Origin: Desulfobacterales bacterium
GTDB taxonomy: Bacteria > Desulfobacterota > Desulfobacteria > Desulfobacterales > UBA2174
DNA: 64,000 nt
Assembly: GCA_963668645.2 (NCBI GenBank)
Contig: CAXXWC010000010.1
Coordinates: 64,001-128,000 of the forward strand
Reading direction: 5' to 3'
Positions within the stretch are counted from its first letter, which is position 1. Each line of letters starts with the position of its first letter. The translations under genes and the position numbers were made by a program. The notes beneath the pieces were generated by a model. That model did no database searches and was not told the origin of the DNA. It saw only the letters and a program-made list of their open reading frames with translations. Below, piece after piece: positions 53,124-63,504 of this stretch.

Positions 53124-53206
53124 GGAATCAACCTTTATACGAAAATTCCCTCATGGCCGTGGCGCCTGCGGCGGCCCGCGAAGCAATGGCGACGGCCCTT
53201 GGCGGT

Positions 53207-54424
53207 TCAGCGTGCCAAGGTTACGAAGCGTCCCTCACGGAAATGGGTAAAATAGACCCTTTCCAGGCCTTGATGATTGCTCGGGCTGAACGACAGTGTG
53301 TTGTCGATGCCCAGGTCGTAATCGTGAATCGATTCGATGGCATCGATAAACGTCTCGCGGTCCAGGTCGCGGCCGGCTCTTCTCAGCCCCTCGACCAGCA
53401 CCCGCGCATTGATGAATCCTTCCAGGCTGACGAAGTTGGCCCTGTCCTCGGGGTAATAGTGTTTTAAAAGATCCGTATACTGCGCCAGGCTCCATAATCG
53501 TGGATCGGCCGGCGGCGGCTCGGGGGGCGGAACCACCTGGGTAACGATGATCCCCTCGGCCAGGGGACCGAGCCGGCGGGCCAGTTCGTCGGCACCCACG
53601 AAACTCACGCTGCAAAAGACCGGCGCATATCCCCTGGCGTGGGATAGCGTGATGAAACGGGCGCAAGGCTCATAGGTGCCGATCATCACCACGGCCTGGG
53701 CCCCGGCAGCCATAATTTTTTCAAGCGCTTCGGCAACCTCCAGCGTGCCGCGGATGTAGGTGGCCGTGGCCACGGGCACTTTCCCGAAGGCCTTGAGCGC
53801 CAGCTCCGTGCCGCGCAACCCATCGAAACCATAGGCATCGTACTGGTAAAAAACGCCGATTTCGTGCAATCCCAGGGTCTGGACCAGGTGATGCACCGCG
53901 GCACCGGTTTCCTGATAGTAAGAGGCGCGTACGTTGATCACGTAGCGCCGCGCCGGTTCGCGCAGGTCGTGGGCGCCGGTAAAGACCCCCACCAGTGGGA
54001 TGCGGGCCTCTTCGATGAGCGGCAGCACCTTGACCGTGGTGGGCGTGCCCACGTAGCCGAAAAGGGCGAAAACCCGGTCCTCGATGATCAGGCGCTGGGT
54101 GTTGTAAACGCACCGGGGCGGATCGTACCCGTCGTCATAGGCCAGGATACGGATCTTGCGGCCGTGCACCCCGCCTTCGGCGTTGACATGGTTGATGTAG
54201 GCCAGGGCTCCGTGCAGAATCTGGGTGCCGAGGTAGCCGGCATGGCCGGCCAGGGCCAGAGAAGAGCCGATCAGCACCTCTTCGGGGAAAACGCCTTGAA
54301 CGACTTCGGTTTTGGGGGCGGCATCCTCCGGTTGCCGGCAACCGGAAAAGATGCCGATCGAGGCCAGCAGCAGTATTGACAGGAGCGCGGCAACGGCCGG
54401 TGGCGGCAACGGGCTGCGTACCAT
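53207..54424 (-). CDS. Periplasmic substrate-binding lipoprotein (LivJ-like) with no transporter genes nearby
   Basis: Lipobox IFSGC; GGVHGRKI...DDGYDP, GYVGTPT, NVRASY..E, EGFINA. Confidence 0.88.
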   Translation of the reverse strand: MVRSPLPPPAVAALLSILLLASIGIFSGCRQPEDAAPKTEVVQGVFPEEVLIGSSLALAGHAGYLGTQILHGALAYINHVNAEGGVHGRKIRILAYDDGYDPPRCVYNTQRLIIEDRVFALFGYVGTPTTVKVLPLIEEARIPLVGVFTGAHDLREPARRYVINVRASYYQETGAAVHHLVQTLGLHEIGVFYQYDAYGFDGLRGTELALKAFGKVPVATATYIRGTLEVAEALEKIMAAGAQAVVMIGTYEPCARFITLSHARGYAPVFCSVSFVGADELARRLGPLAEGIIVTQVVPPPEPPPADPRLWSLAQYTDLLKHYYPEDRANFVSLEGFINARVLVEGLRRAGRDLDRETFIDAIESIHDYDLGIDNTLSFSPSNHQGLERVYFTHFREGRFVTLAR

Positions 54425-54432
54425 CGGGCCTC

Positions 54433-55035
54433 TCAAGGTCCGTTTTGCAGACCGGCCAAGGCCTCGACAATGGTCTCGAGCTTTGGCCGCACGTTGATGT
54501 CTTCGACATGGATCCGGCGGATGATGCCGTTCTTGTCGATGAAGATCAGGGCCCGCTCGGCAGTCCCGTCGCTGCGTAAAAGCCCGTAGCGCTCGGCCAC
54601 CTGTCCATGGGGCCAGAAATCCGAAAGGACCGGGAACCAGATCTTGCCCATCTGCCGGGTCCAGGCATAGAGGGTCGGGATGTTGTCCACCGAGATGCCC
54701 AGAATCACTGCATCGTAGCGCTCGAAAAGGCTGCGGGCGATGGTGTAGCCGGGCCACTGGTCCGAACAGACCGGGGTCCAGGCCGCGGGCACGAACGAAA
54801 TCATAACGTTTTTCCTGCCCCGGAAGCTGCTGAGGCGAACCGGTGCACCGCCGATCGACAGAAGAATGAAATCCGGCGCCTCCTGGCCCTCGGCCACCTT
54901 GAGCCGGCTGTCGATGGGTTTAAGCTTTCCGACCTGGAAAATGTTATCCCTGAAGGCGGTCGATTCGCCCCAGGCCGGCGTCACGAGGAGTGCCATGAAA
55001 ATCGCGGCCAACGACAACCGTCGGTACCATTTCAT
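54433..55035 (-). CDS. Exported peroxiredoxin (AhpC/TSA, AhpE-like)
   Basis: Signal peptide; APDF.L, SFVPAAWTPVCS (PxxxTxxC), LSDFWPHG, ERA..IDK.G. Confidence 0.88.
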   Translation of the reverse strand: MKWYRRLSLAAIFMALLVTPAWGESTAFRDNIFQVGKLKPIDSRLKVAEGQEAPDFILLSIGGAPVRLSSFRGRKNVMISFVPAAWTPVCSDQWPGYTIARSLFERYDAVILGISVDNIPTLYAWTRQMGKIWFPVLSDFWPHGQVAERYGLLRSDGTAERALIFIDKNGIIRRIHVEDINVRPKLETIVEALAGLQNGP

Positions 55036-55065
55036 CGTTTTCCCCCTTGGTCTTTAAAACCGGTC

Positions 55066-55635
55066 CTAATCACCCAATCCGGATTTTTTCAAAATGGAGC
55101 GCAAAAAACCGGCCGGGTCCCCAAATCCCCCCAGCCGGGTGTCAACGATCTCCATTTTCCCGTCCGCCTCGCGCCGCAAAACCAGAAAATACGGCGTCCG
55201 CGGTTTTTTCAGGGCCTTGTGAATCACGAAATCCCCGTCGGCAAACAGCGGAAAGGGGATCTCATAGGTTTCACGGAAGAAATTGACCTCGTACGGCGAG
55301 TTGCCCACCCCGATGCCGATAAGCTTGACCGTATCGCGCCACCGCTCGTTTTCGTGCAGGAGCCGGTAGAGGCGGTTGACCACGGGCGCTTCGCGCTGGC
55401 AGTGGGGGCAGTACATGCTGAAAATCTCAACGATGACCAGCCGGGCATCGATATCCTGGAGTTCAAAGGCCCCAGCGCCTTTCAGCCCCAGGTAGGCTTT
55501 GAGGGCCGGATCCTGCGGGGCTGCCAGGACCAAATCCGGCATCGCATCGCCCCTGCCCACAGGATCGTCGGCGGCAGCGGCCGATCCCAGCAATAGAATA
55601 ATCGGCAAGACGCGCAGGATCATATGGCAACGCAT
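55066..55635 (-). CDS. Exported TlpA-like thioredoxin-fold protein
   Basis: Signal peptide; IFSMYCPHCQ, FPLFAD, cis-Pro motif TPYF. Confidence 0.88.
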   Translation of the reverse strand: MRCHMILRVLPIILLLGSAAAADDPVGRGDAMPDLVLAAPQDPALKAYLGLKGAGAFELQDIDARLVIVEIFSMYCPHCQREAPVVNRLYRLLHENERWRDTVKLIGIGVGNSPYEVNFFRETYEIPFPLFADGDFVIHKALKKPRTPYFLVLRREADGKMEIVDTRLGGFGDPAGFLRSILKKSGLGD

Positions 55636-55785
55636 ACCATCACCTCCACGGTTGAGGGTTGGACTCGTTCGATTCTAGTTTCTTTTTTAGCGCAGGTCAA
55701 ATCCTGGCCTGAATTTGATGGCCCGGGCAGCGGTGAGGGTCGAAATCCCCTTAGCCTTCAGGAAGCCGGATCCGGCCCCAAAAGG

Positions 55786-57378
55786 TTATCCTGCCGGTGA
55801 GGTTGCCAGGGCCTGGGCCACGCGCCGGGCCACGTTCTGCCCGTCCAGGGCCGCCGACACGATCCCCCCCGCATACCCGGCCCCTTCGCCGCAGGGATAG
55901 AGGCCGTTGAAATCCGGGGCCATCAGGCTCACCGGGTCGCGCAGAATGCGCACCGGGGCGCTGGTGCGCGACTCCACCGCCAGGACCAGGGCCGACTCGG
56001 TCAAAAATCCTTTACAGCGACGGCCGAAAAACTCCATGGCGGCCTGGAGGCGGCGGGTGATGAATGGCGGCAAAAGCGCATCCACCGGGGCTGCCACACA
56101 TCCCGGGGTGTATGAGCTGGGCGGCAGATCGGCCGAAATCTTTCCGGCCACAAAATCGGTCATGCGCTGGGCCGGCGCTTGGAGGCCGCCGCCGGCAGCA
56201 CTGTAAACCGCCTCTTCCACCCGGGCCTGGAAGTCCAACGCGGCCAGCGGATCCCCGGGCCGCAGGCCGGGGATATCCTCAAGACGGATCTCCACCACCA
56301 GCCCGGCGTTGGCCTGGGGGGCGCAGCGGCCGGACATGCTCATCCCGTTGACCACCAACTCTCCCGGAGCCGTGGAAGCCGGAATGACGTAGCCTCCGGG
56401 GCACATGCAAAAAGAAAAGACCCCCCGGTCCTCGATCTGGGTCGTCAGGCGGTAAGTGGCGGGCGGCAGTTGGGCCGGGCGCCGTGCCATGCGGTACTGG
56501 ATGCGGTCGATCAGTTCCTGGGGATGCTCCAGGCGCACGCCCAGGGCGAAGGGCTTGGCTTCCAGGCGCACCCCGCGCCGATCCAGCATCCGGTACACAT
56601 CCCGGGCCGAATGACCGGTGGCCAGGATCACCGCGGCCGCCGGCCACTCCCGTCCATCGGCGGTGGCCACCCCCCGGATCCGGCCCTGAAGTTGAACGAG
56701 ATCCACGACCCTCTGGGAAAAATGCACCTCTCCGCCGGCCTGCAGGATGGTCCGGCGCATCTGCGCCACGATGCGCGGCAGCCGGTTGGAGCCGATATGC
56801 GGGTGCGCGTCGACCAGGATGTCCGGATCGGCCCCATGGGCCACCAGGCACCCCAGGATCCGGCCCACATCGCCGCGCTTGGTGGAGCGGGTATAGAGCT
56901 TGCCGTCCGAATAGGCCCCTGCCCCGCCCTCGCCGAAGCCGTAATTCGAGTCCGGGGCCACCGCGCCGGCCCGATGCAGCCGGGCGATGTCATAGCGCCG
57001 GGTCTTGACGTCAAGGCCTCTTTCGAGGACCAGAGGCCGGATTCCGCGGGCCAGCAGCTCCAGAGCGGCGAAATAGCCGGCCGGACCGGCCCCCACGATC
57101 ACCACCGGCGGGTTCCGGTGCCGGGCCGGGGCCAGGGGAGGCGGCGGCGCGGGAAGCGCCACAGCGGCCGCGGCAGGCCCGATCCCCACCACCAGTTCGT
57201 AGCAGGGCGGTTTGGGCCGGGCATCGAGGCTGCGGCGCAGGATGCGATAGGGGGGCAGCGCTTCGGGGTCGTCAAGACCCAGCCGATGGGCGAGCCGCTG
57301 CGCCAGATAGGCCTTGTCCAGGATCTGCGCCGCAGCGATGCGCAGGGTGATACGGTCCGTGTTCGGCTTTCGGATCAT
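55786..57378 (-). CDS. Uncharacterised FAD-dependent oxidoreductase
   Basis: GAGPAG, FGEGGAGAYSDGKL, HPHIG, ATGHSARD, FCMCPGG, ESRTSAP, PCGEGAGYAGGIVSAALDG. Confidence 0.9.
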   Translation of the reverse strand: MIRKPNTDRITLRIAAAQILDKAYLAQRLAHRLGLDDPEALPPYRILRRSLDARPKPPCYELVVGIGPAAAAVALPAPPPPLAPARHRNPPVVIVGAGPAGYFAALELLARGIRPLVLERGLDVKTRRYDIARLHRAGAVAPDSNYGFGEGGAGAYSDGKLYTRSTKRGDVGRILGCLVAHGADPDILVDAHPHIGSNRLPRIVAQMRRTILQAGGEVHFSQRVVDLVQLQGRIRGVATADGREWPAAAVILATGHSARDVYRMLDRRGVRLEAKPFALGVRLEHPQELIDRIQYRMARRPAQLPPATYRLTTQIEDRGVFSFCMCPGGYVIPASTAPGELVVNGMSMSGRCAPQANAGLVVEIRLEDIPGLRPGDPLAALDFQARVEEAVYSAAGGGLQAPAQRMTDFVAGKISADLPPSSYTPGCVAAPVDALLPPFITRRLQAAMEFFGRRCKGFLTESALVLAVESRTSAPVRILRDPVSLMAPDFNGLYPCGEGAGYAGGIVSAALDGQNVARRVAQALATSPAG

Positions 57379-57466
57379 AGGGCGTCTTTACAGAAACCTC
57401 TGATTGGTATATGGAGCCGCCCACAGCGGCACTGGAAACTTCTCACCCAAGGATGTGGAATCGATC

Positions 57467-57790
57467 ATGGATGCCTTGTCTGGATCTCAACGCAAATATC
57501 TGCGCGCTTTGGCCCACCGGCTCAAGCCGGTGGTCTTGATCGGCCAGCAAGGCCTCAGCGACAGCCTGATCGCATCGGTGGACGCCGGCCTGCAGCGCCA
57601 CGAACTGATCAAGGTGCACTTTAACGAGTTCAAGGAAAAACCGATCAAGGCCGAACTGAGCCAGGCCCTGGCCCAGCGCACCGGCGCCCACATGGTGGGA
57701 TTGATCGGCCACACGGCCATTTTTTACAGGCCCCACCCAAAAGAGGAAAAACGGCGCATCAAGCTTCCCGGTCCGATGAAAACCGCCTGA
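57467..57790 (+). CDS. yhbY: YhbY/CRM-domain RNA-binding protein
   Basis: QRKYLRALAHRLKPVVLIG..GL, HELIKV, IGHTAIFYR. Confidence 0.92.
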   Translation: MDALSGSQRKYLRALAHRLKPVVLIGQQGLSDSLIASVDAGLQRHELIKVHFNEFKEKPIKAELSQALAQRTGAHMVGLIGHTAIFYRPHPKEEKRRIKLPGPMKTA

Positions 57791-57859
57791 TCGATCCCGG
57801 CACTTCATGTTTTGCTGCACGGACATTTTCCGGCCAACTCCAGCAACGATACCGCCGGC

Positions 57860-58813
57860 TCAGAAATTCACGGCCTTTTTCCGTCGGCCGTCTCCGGCGG
57901 CACCGACCCGGGTGGCCGCCGTGGCATCGGCCGAATAGAGGGCCAGGGCGATCCAGATGAGCACGAAGGTGAGCCAACGCGTCGTTCCCACCGGTTCGTG
58001 GTAGCGCCATACGGCCAGCAGGAACATGCAACTGGGGGCAATATACTGCAGCAAACCGATGGTGGCCAGATGCAAACGCCGGGCCCCGAGGTTGAAGAGC
58101 AAAAGCGGCAAGGCGGTCATCATGGCGCTGCCGCAAAGCAGCAGATCGATCTGCCGGCCGGCATGCAGGAAAGACCCCCGGCCGGCTGCTTCCAGGTAGA
58201 CCAGTACGGCCAGCGAGGGGATCGACAAAAGCAGGGTTTCCACCGTCAGGCCCACCAGGGCGCCGACCGCGGCCATCTTACGCACCAGCCCGTAAATGCC
58301 GAAGCTCAGCGCCAGCGCCAGAGATATCCAGGGGATGTGTCCGTACTGGACCGTCTGCACGGCGACACCCAGGGTCGCCAGGGCCACGGCCCGGCGTTGC
58401 AGCGGACGCAGCCGTTCGCCGAGAAAAGTGACGCCGAGAAGCACGTTGATCAACGGATTGATATAATAGCCCAGACTTGCTTCCAGCATATGGCCGTTGT
58501 TTACGGCCCAGACATATATCAACCAGTTGGCGGCCACCAGCAGCGACGTGACCCCCATCAGGGTCAAAATCCGCGGCTGCATAAGGGCCCGCTTGAGGTC
58601 GTCGTTGCGGCCAGAGGCCACCACCAGCGGCAACAGGGCGACCAGGGACCAGACGATGCGGTGAAGAATGATCTCCACCGGCGGCACTTCGGCAATCAGT
58701 TTCCAATAAAGCGGGCTTAAGCCCCAGATGGAAAAGGCGCTAGCTGCGTAGACCAGGCCCCAAGACGCGGGAGTCGCGGGGCAAGATTTGAATTTCAAAG
58801 AAAAAGTTGCCAT
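57860..58813 (-). CDS. rarD: EamA-family permease RarD
   Basis: WG..PLYWK, HRIVWS, NWLIYVWAVN, ASLGYYINPL, LQYIAP. Confidence 0.92.
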   Translation of the reverse strand: MATFSLKFKSCPATPASWGLVYAASAFSIWGLSPLYWKLIAEVPPVEIILHRIVWSLVALLPLVVASGRNDDLKRALMQPRILTLMGVTSLLVAANWLIYVWAVNNGHMLEASLGYYINPLINVLLGVTFLGERLRPLQRRAVALATLGVAVQTVQYGHIPWISLALALSFGIYGLVRKMAAVGALVGLTVETLLLSIPSLAVLVYLEAAGRGSFLHAGRQIDLLLCGSAMMTALPLLLFNLGARRLHLATIGLLQYIAPSCMFLLAVWRYHEPVGTTRWLTFVLIWIALALYSADATAATRVGAAGDGRRKKAVNF

Positions 58814-58972
58814 ATACTCCCGTTACCCGGCGGCCCCCGTACATGGCGACGCCCGGTCCAAAATTTTTCATGCCGAATCTACTCATCGCCCAGTGCTAAA
58901 AAATATATAGCAATATCAGATATATGCCCGCCAGCTCGTCTTTTGCGGCAAAATGAGGATATCAAGAATTTC

Positions 58973-59001
58973 TTGACAAAAGAAAGACTTACCATTAGTA
59001 A
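58973..59001 (+). promoter_or_regulatory. Candidate sigma70 promoter of ihfA, overlapped by a palindrome
   Basis: TTGACA-N17-TAGTAA in AT-rich DNA; TCAAGAA-T-TTCTTGA covers the -35 element. Confidence 0.5.
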
Positions 59002-59097
59002 ATTTTTGTTCGCTGCCAAATAGCGACGAGCCCTTGACCCGTTGGTCGCCCCAGGGCCTACCGGTATTTACCTTATCACAACAGGAGTATCGCACCG

Positions 59098-59385
59098 ATG
59101 ACGCTCACCAAGGCAGACATCGTCGACGCCCTTCCGGATCAACTCGGTCTTCCGCGTAACCGTTGCGCCGAGATTGTAGAAACCTTGCTCGAGATCATGA
59201 AACGCACCATGGAAAGCGGCGAGGATATTCTGATCAGTGGGTTCGGCAAGTTCTGCGTCAATGAAAAAAAAGCCCGCAAGGGACGCAATCCGGCCACCGG
59301 CGAACCGATGATGCTGTCCCAGCGGCGGGTCGTTGTCTTCCGCTGTTCCAATATCCTGCGCGAAAAGGTCAACGGCAATCGATAG
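59098..59385 (+). CDS. ihfA: Integration host factor alpha subunit
   Basis: MTLTKADI, ISGFGKF, RKGRNPATGE, RRVVVFR.S. Confidence 0.9.
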   Translation: MTLTKADIVDALPDQLGLPRNRCAEIVETLLEIMKRTMESGEDILISGFGKFCVNEKKARKGRNPATGEPMMLSQRRVVVFRCSNILREKVNGNR

Positions 59386-59509
59386 GCATCGATTTTCTGA
59401 AGGCTATCCACCAGCGCGTTTTCAGGTTCCCGGCCAAAGGCTCTGAAAACGCGTTTTAAGTTTTCTAGAGGAAAAACCGAGGTGCCGTTTCGGCCGGCCG
59501 GAATCAGCC

Positions 59510-60052
59510 ATGAGCTTCGAGGAAAATCATCCCGTCGTCCAGCAGATGCTCGCCGAGCTGTATCGGCGCACCGGCGGGAATCCTTCGGCCAAGGCCTCCA
59601 TGTATGACCTGGGCCAGGCCGCCGGCATCGACCGGGGGGATGCCCAAGAGGCCGGCCAGGCCCTGATCGGCGCCGGCCTGGCAACCATCGTCTCTCTGTC
59701 CGGGAGCATCAGCATCACCCCTGAAGGGGTGGCCCGGATCGAGGCCGACGGCCCGCCGGCGGGCAAAACGGCCGCCGTTCGACTGGGTGCGGAAACGGTC
59801 CTGTCCGGCGAGGCGCGCCAGGCCCTGGAAGCTGCCACGGCCCTGCTCAAAAGCCAGGCGAGCCAGCGCGGCTGGGCCTTCGGCCTGCTCAGCGAGATGA
59901 TGGCCGACCTCAAGACCCTCGATGCCCAGCTTCAATCCCCGAGGCCCAAGACCGATATCGTTCGGGCCTGCCTGCAATCCATCGCCGCGCTTCTCTCGCG
60001 CACCGATGCCCGGGACCTGCGTGATCCGGTAACCACCCTGCTGGGAAACTAG
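59510..60052 (+). CDS. Hypothetical protein (possible N-terminal winged helix)
   Basis: 180 aa with coding-like codon use; SMYDLG..AG...LIG.GL...SLSG.I.IT..G pattern. Confidence 0.65.
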   Translation: MSFEENHPVVQQMLAELYRRTGGNPSAKASMYDLGQAAGIDRGDAQEAGQALIGAGLATIVSLSGSISITPEGVARIEADGPPAGKTAAVRLGAETVLSGEARQALEAATALLKSQASQRGWAFGLLSEMMADLKTLDAQLQSPRPKTDIVRACLQSIAALLSRTDARDLRDPVTTLLGN

Positions 60053-60065
60053 GTGCCGGCCGCAG

Positions 60066-60356
60066 TCACGCGGCCAGACCGCGGAAAGCCGACACCAGGG
60101 TCCAGATTCCGGCCACCAGAAAAAAGGTGCCGGCGGCGAATTTGATCGCCACCGGCGGAATCACACGGCCTATGGCATCACCGAAAACCACCGCCAGCAG
60201 AGCGCTGAGCACAAGCGCCGACGCCGAGCCGAAAAACACGGACCAGCGGGACCCTTCACAGTCCGCCGAAAGGCAGAAGGTCGCCACCTGGGTCTTGTCG
60301 CCCAGTTCCGCCAGGAACACCATCCCGAAGGTCGTCAGCAGTATCTTCAGATCCAT
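60066..60356 (-). CDS. TMEM165/GDT1 (UPF0016) family protein, single repeat
   Basis: FLAELGDKTQ motif, 3 TM, 96 aa; starts 1 bp after the tkt stop. Confidence 0.88.
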   Translation of the reverse strand: MDLKILLTTFGMVFLAELGDKTQVATFCLSADCEGSRWSVFFGSASALVLSALLAVVFGDAIGRVIPPVAIKFAAGTFFLVAGIWTLVSAFRGLAA

Positions 60357-60357
60357 C

Positions 60358-62376
60358 TCAACGTCCCAGCAGCGCCAACGCGCGCTCCACTACGTGGTCC
60401 ACGGTAAAGCCGAACTTGGCCAAAACGGTCCCCCCTGGGGCCGAGGCACCGAAGTGATCGATGGAAACCACCGCCCCATGCTCGCCGACATAACGCTCCC
60501 AGCCCATGGAAAGTCCGGCCTCGACAGCCAGCCGGGCCTTGACCTGCGGGAGCAGAACGGTGCTGCGATAATCGGCCCCGGCCTGTTCGAAAAGCTCCCA
60601 GCTGGGCATGTTGACCACCCGGGCGGCGATCTTGCGCGCGGCCAGCTGTTCGCGGGCCGCCAGGGCCAGGTGCACCTCGGCCCCCGTGGCGATGAGAATC
60701 AGGTCCGGTTCTCCCTGCGCGTCGGCCAGCACGTATCCACCTTGGCGCAGTTTGCCGCGCGTGGCGGCCGGATCAAGAACGGGCAGCTTCTGGCGGCTGA
60801 GCACCAAGGCCACCGGGCCGTTGCCGCGGCGGATGGCGGTGCGCCAGGCCTCGCCGGTTTCGTTGGCGTCCGCCGGACGGATCACGGTAAGGTTGGGAAT
60901 GGCCCGCAGGGCCGCCAGATGCTCCACCGGCTGGTGGGTCGGCCCGTCCTCACCCACCGCCACGCTGTCGTGGGTAAAAACGTAGATCACCGGCAGCTTC
61001 ATCAGGCTCGCCATGCGGATGGCCGGGCGCATGTAGTCGGCAAAAACCAGGAAAGTGCCGCCGTAGGGGCGGATCCCGTTGTGCAGGTAGAGGCCGTTGA
61101 GAATGGCCCCCATGGCGTGTTCCCTGACCCCGAAACGGATGTTGCGCCCCGCGTAGGCCCCTTTTTGAAATACAGCCTCGCCGTTGAGAAAAGTCTTGTT
61201 GGACGGGGCCAGGTCGGCCGACCCGCCCATGAGGCTCGGCAGGCGCCGGGCGATGGCGTTGAGAACCGTTCCGGAGGCCCCGCGCGTGGCCACCGGCCCC
61301 TGGTCGGGACCGAAGGTCGGCACCTCGGCGTCCCAGTCGGCCGGCAGGTGGCCGCTCATGGCATTGACCCAGGTTTCGGCCAGATCCGGATCAACCCGCC
61401 GGTAGGCGGCAAACGCCTCCAGCCAGGCGGCTTCGGCCTCGGCGCCTTTTTCCACAACCGTACGGAAATGGTCGCGCACCGCATCCGAGACGCAAAAGGC
61501 CTGATCCGGGGTGCATCCGAGGCAGGTTTTGGTCTTGCAGACTTCCTCGGCGCCCAGGGGTGAGCCGTGGGCATCGGCCGTGTCCTGCTTGTTGGGACTC
61601 CCGTAAGCGATGTGGGTGCGCACCATCACCAGCGACGGGCGTCCGGTCTCGTCCCGGGCAGCCGTGAAGGCGGCGCTCAGCGCATCGAGATCGTTGCCGT
61701 CGGCCACGGCCACCACATGCCAGCCGTAAGCCTCGAAGCGTTGGCCCACGTTTTCGCTGAACGTGATATCGGTGGGCCCCTCGATGGAAATCCGGTTGTC
61801 GTCGTAAATGCAGATCAGCCGGCCCAAACCGAGATGACCGGCCAGGGAGGCCGCCTCGGCGGCCACGCCCTCCATCAGGTCCCCATCGCCGCAGACCACC
61901 CAGGTGCGGTGATCCACGATCTGGTGGCCGGGCCGGTTGAAGCGGGCCGCCAGGTGGCGTTCGGCCATGGCCATGCCCACGGCGTTGCCCAGGCCCTGGC
62001 CCAAGGGGCCGGTGGTAGTTTCCACCCCCGGGGTATGGCCGAACTCCGGATGCCCGGGCGTCTTGCTCCCCCACTGGCGGAAGTTTTGCAGATCTTCCAG
62101 GCTCAGGTCATAGCCGGTCAGGTGAAGGAGGCTGTAAAGGAGCATCGAGGCGTGGCCCCCCGAAAGCACGAAGCGGTCCCGGTCGAGCCAGTCGGGGTTG
62201 CGCGGGTTATGCTTGAGAAATCGGGTCCAGAGCAGGTAGCCGACGGAGGCCAGGCCCAAAGGGGCCCCGGGGTGTCCGGACTTGGCCTTCTCAATGGCGT
62301 CCATGGCCAGGGTGCGGATGGTATTGATCGCCTGGGTCTCGATGGTCGGTCCATCAATGGCCGGGGTCGGTGTCAT
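60358..62376 (-). CDS. tkt: Transketolase
   Basis: [66 protein letters not shown] before ATG 62376. Confidence 0.97.
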   Translation of the reverse strand: MTPTPAIDGPTIETQAINTIRTLAMDAIEKAKSGHPGAPLGLASVGYLLWTRFLKHNPRNPDWLDRDRFVLSGGHASMLLYSLLHLTGYDLSLEDLQNFRQWGSKTPGHPEFGHTPGVETTTGPLGQGLGNAVGMAMAERHLAARFNRPGHQIVDHRTWVVCGDGDLMEGVAAEAASLAGHLGLGRLICIYDDNRISIEGPTDITFSENVGQRFEAYGWHVVAVADGNDLDALSAAFTAARDETGRPSLVMVRTHIAYGSPNKQDTADAHGSPLGAEEVCKTKTCLGCTPDQAFCVSDAVRDHFRTVVEKGAEAEAAWLEAFAAYRRVDPDLAETWVNAMSGHLPADWDAEVPTFGPDQGPVATRGASGTVLNAIARRLPSLMGGSADLAPSNKTFLNGEAVFQKGAYAGRNIRFGVREHAMGAILNGLYLHNGIRPYGGTFLVFADYMRPAIRMASLMKLPVIYVFTHDSVAVGEDGPTHQPVEHLAALRAIPNLTVIRPADANETGEAWRTAIRRGNGPVALVLSRQKLPVLDPAATRGKLRQGGYVLADAQGEPDLILIATGAEVHLALAAREQLAARKIAARVVNMPSWELFEQAGADYRSTVLLPQVKARLAVEAGLSMGWERYVGEHGAVVSIDHFGASAPGGTVLAKFGFTVDHVVERALALLGR

Positions 62377-62542
62377 GGGATTCTCCTTTCTGCGGTGGTT
62401 TGGATGCCCGGGCATGGCTGCCTTGGTCGTCCACCACCGGTAAGCCTTGGTGCCAAAATCAAAAAAGGTAAATAATGCCAGCTGTATCGAGCGGGTTGAT
62501 ACAATGCTTTGAAAGGGGATGCAACCCCCCAAGGCGCAGCGT

Positions 62543-63412
62543 TTACAACGCCCTTAAAAATTCCGGCTTGAGGGCCACACGCCCGGCCAGGGCCGCGTCG
62601 ATCAGGGCCAGCGTTTTCTCGCGGTCCTCTGGCAGGCGGGCCCGGATCGGCAGGTAGTTGGACGCGTGGTTGGCGTGAAACAGCCCCCCGGAAAGCCGGG
62701 TATGGGCGATCATGGTGCGCAGTTCGGCCAGGAGTCCCATGGGATCCGGCATATGAAAGCGCCCCTGCCGCTGATCTTCATAGAGCGGCGTTTCCGGAAT
62801 CAGCATCAGGCTCAGGGCCCCCACGTACTCGGGATCGATGGCCGACAGGACCCGGCCGGTGGCTTCGGCGTGCACGGCCGAACGCGCAACGCCCGCCAGA
62901 CCGAGAAGCACGGTGACCGAAAGCTTGATCCCCGCAGCCCGGGCCTTGCGGCCCATGGCGATCATCCGCTGGCTGTCGGCCCCCTTGCGCACCGCCTGCA
63001 AGGTCTGGTCGTCGCCCGATTCCAGGCCCATGTATGCGATGCCCAGGCCCAGGGACTTGAGTTCGGCCAGTTCGGCATCCGATTTCATCGCCAGCCCTTT
63101 GGTATTGGCGTAAACTCCCACCCGTTCGACCCACGGCAGTTGGCGGCGAATGGCTTCCAGGATCGCCACCAGACGCTTCTGGGGTACGATCAGCGCATCG
63201 CCGTCGCACAAAAAAAGGCGCCGCTGGCGCCGGGCGTAACGGGCGGCAAAGGCGATATCGGCCATGATGATCTCATCGGATTTGATCTTGAAGCGCTCAC
63301 CCTTGTACGCTCCGCAAAAAGTGCACTTGTTATGGCTGCAGCCCACCGTGACCTGCAGCAGGATGCTCTGGGCCTCGCTGGGAGGACGGATGATATTGCC
63401 TTCGTAATGCAT
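62543..63412 (-). CDS. Radical SAM protein
   Basis: [15 protein letters not shown] (CxxxCxxC), GLESG, NHASNY. Confidence 0.9.
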   Translation of the reverse strand: MHYEGNIIRPPSEAQSILLQVTVGCSHNKCTFCGAYKGERFKIKSDEIIMADIAFAARYARRQRRLFLCDGDALIVPQKRLVAILEAIRRQLPWVERVGVYANTKGLAMKSDAELAELKSLGLGIAYMGLESGDDQTLQAVRKGADSQRMIAMGRKARAAGIKLSVTVLLGLAGVARSAVHAEATGRVLSAIDPEYVGALSLMLIPETPLYEDQRQGRFHMPDPMGLLAELRTMIAHTRLSGGLFHANHASNYLPIRARLPEDREKTLALIDAALAGRVALKPEFLRAL

Positions 63413-63504
63413 TGAATCGCTCCGTGATTGGCGTTAAACAAAGGATATCATCATACCTGAAACCCTGGGTCAAAAACACCTCTAAATATAGAGATGGCGG
63501 TTCG

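Noticed and set aside
54760..54785. Selenocysteine in the peroxiredoxin active site
   Set aside because: The codon is TGT (Cys) and the frame is uninterrupted.
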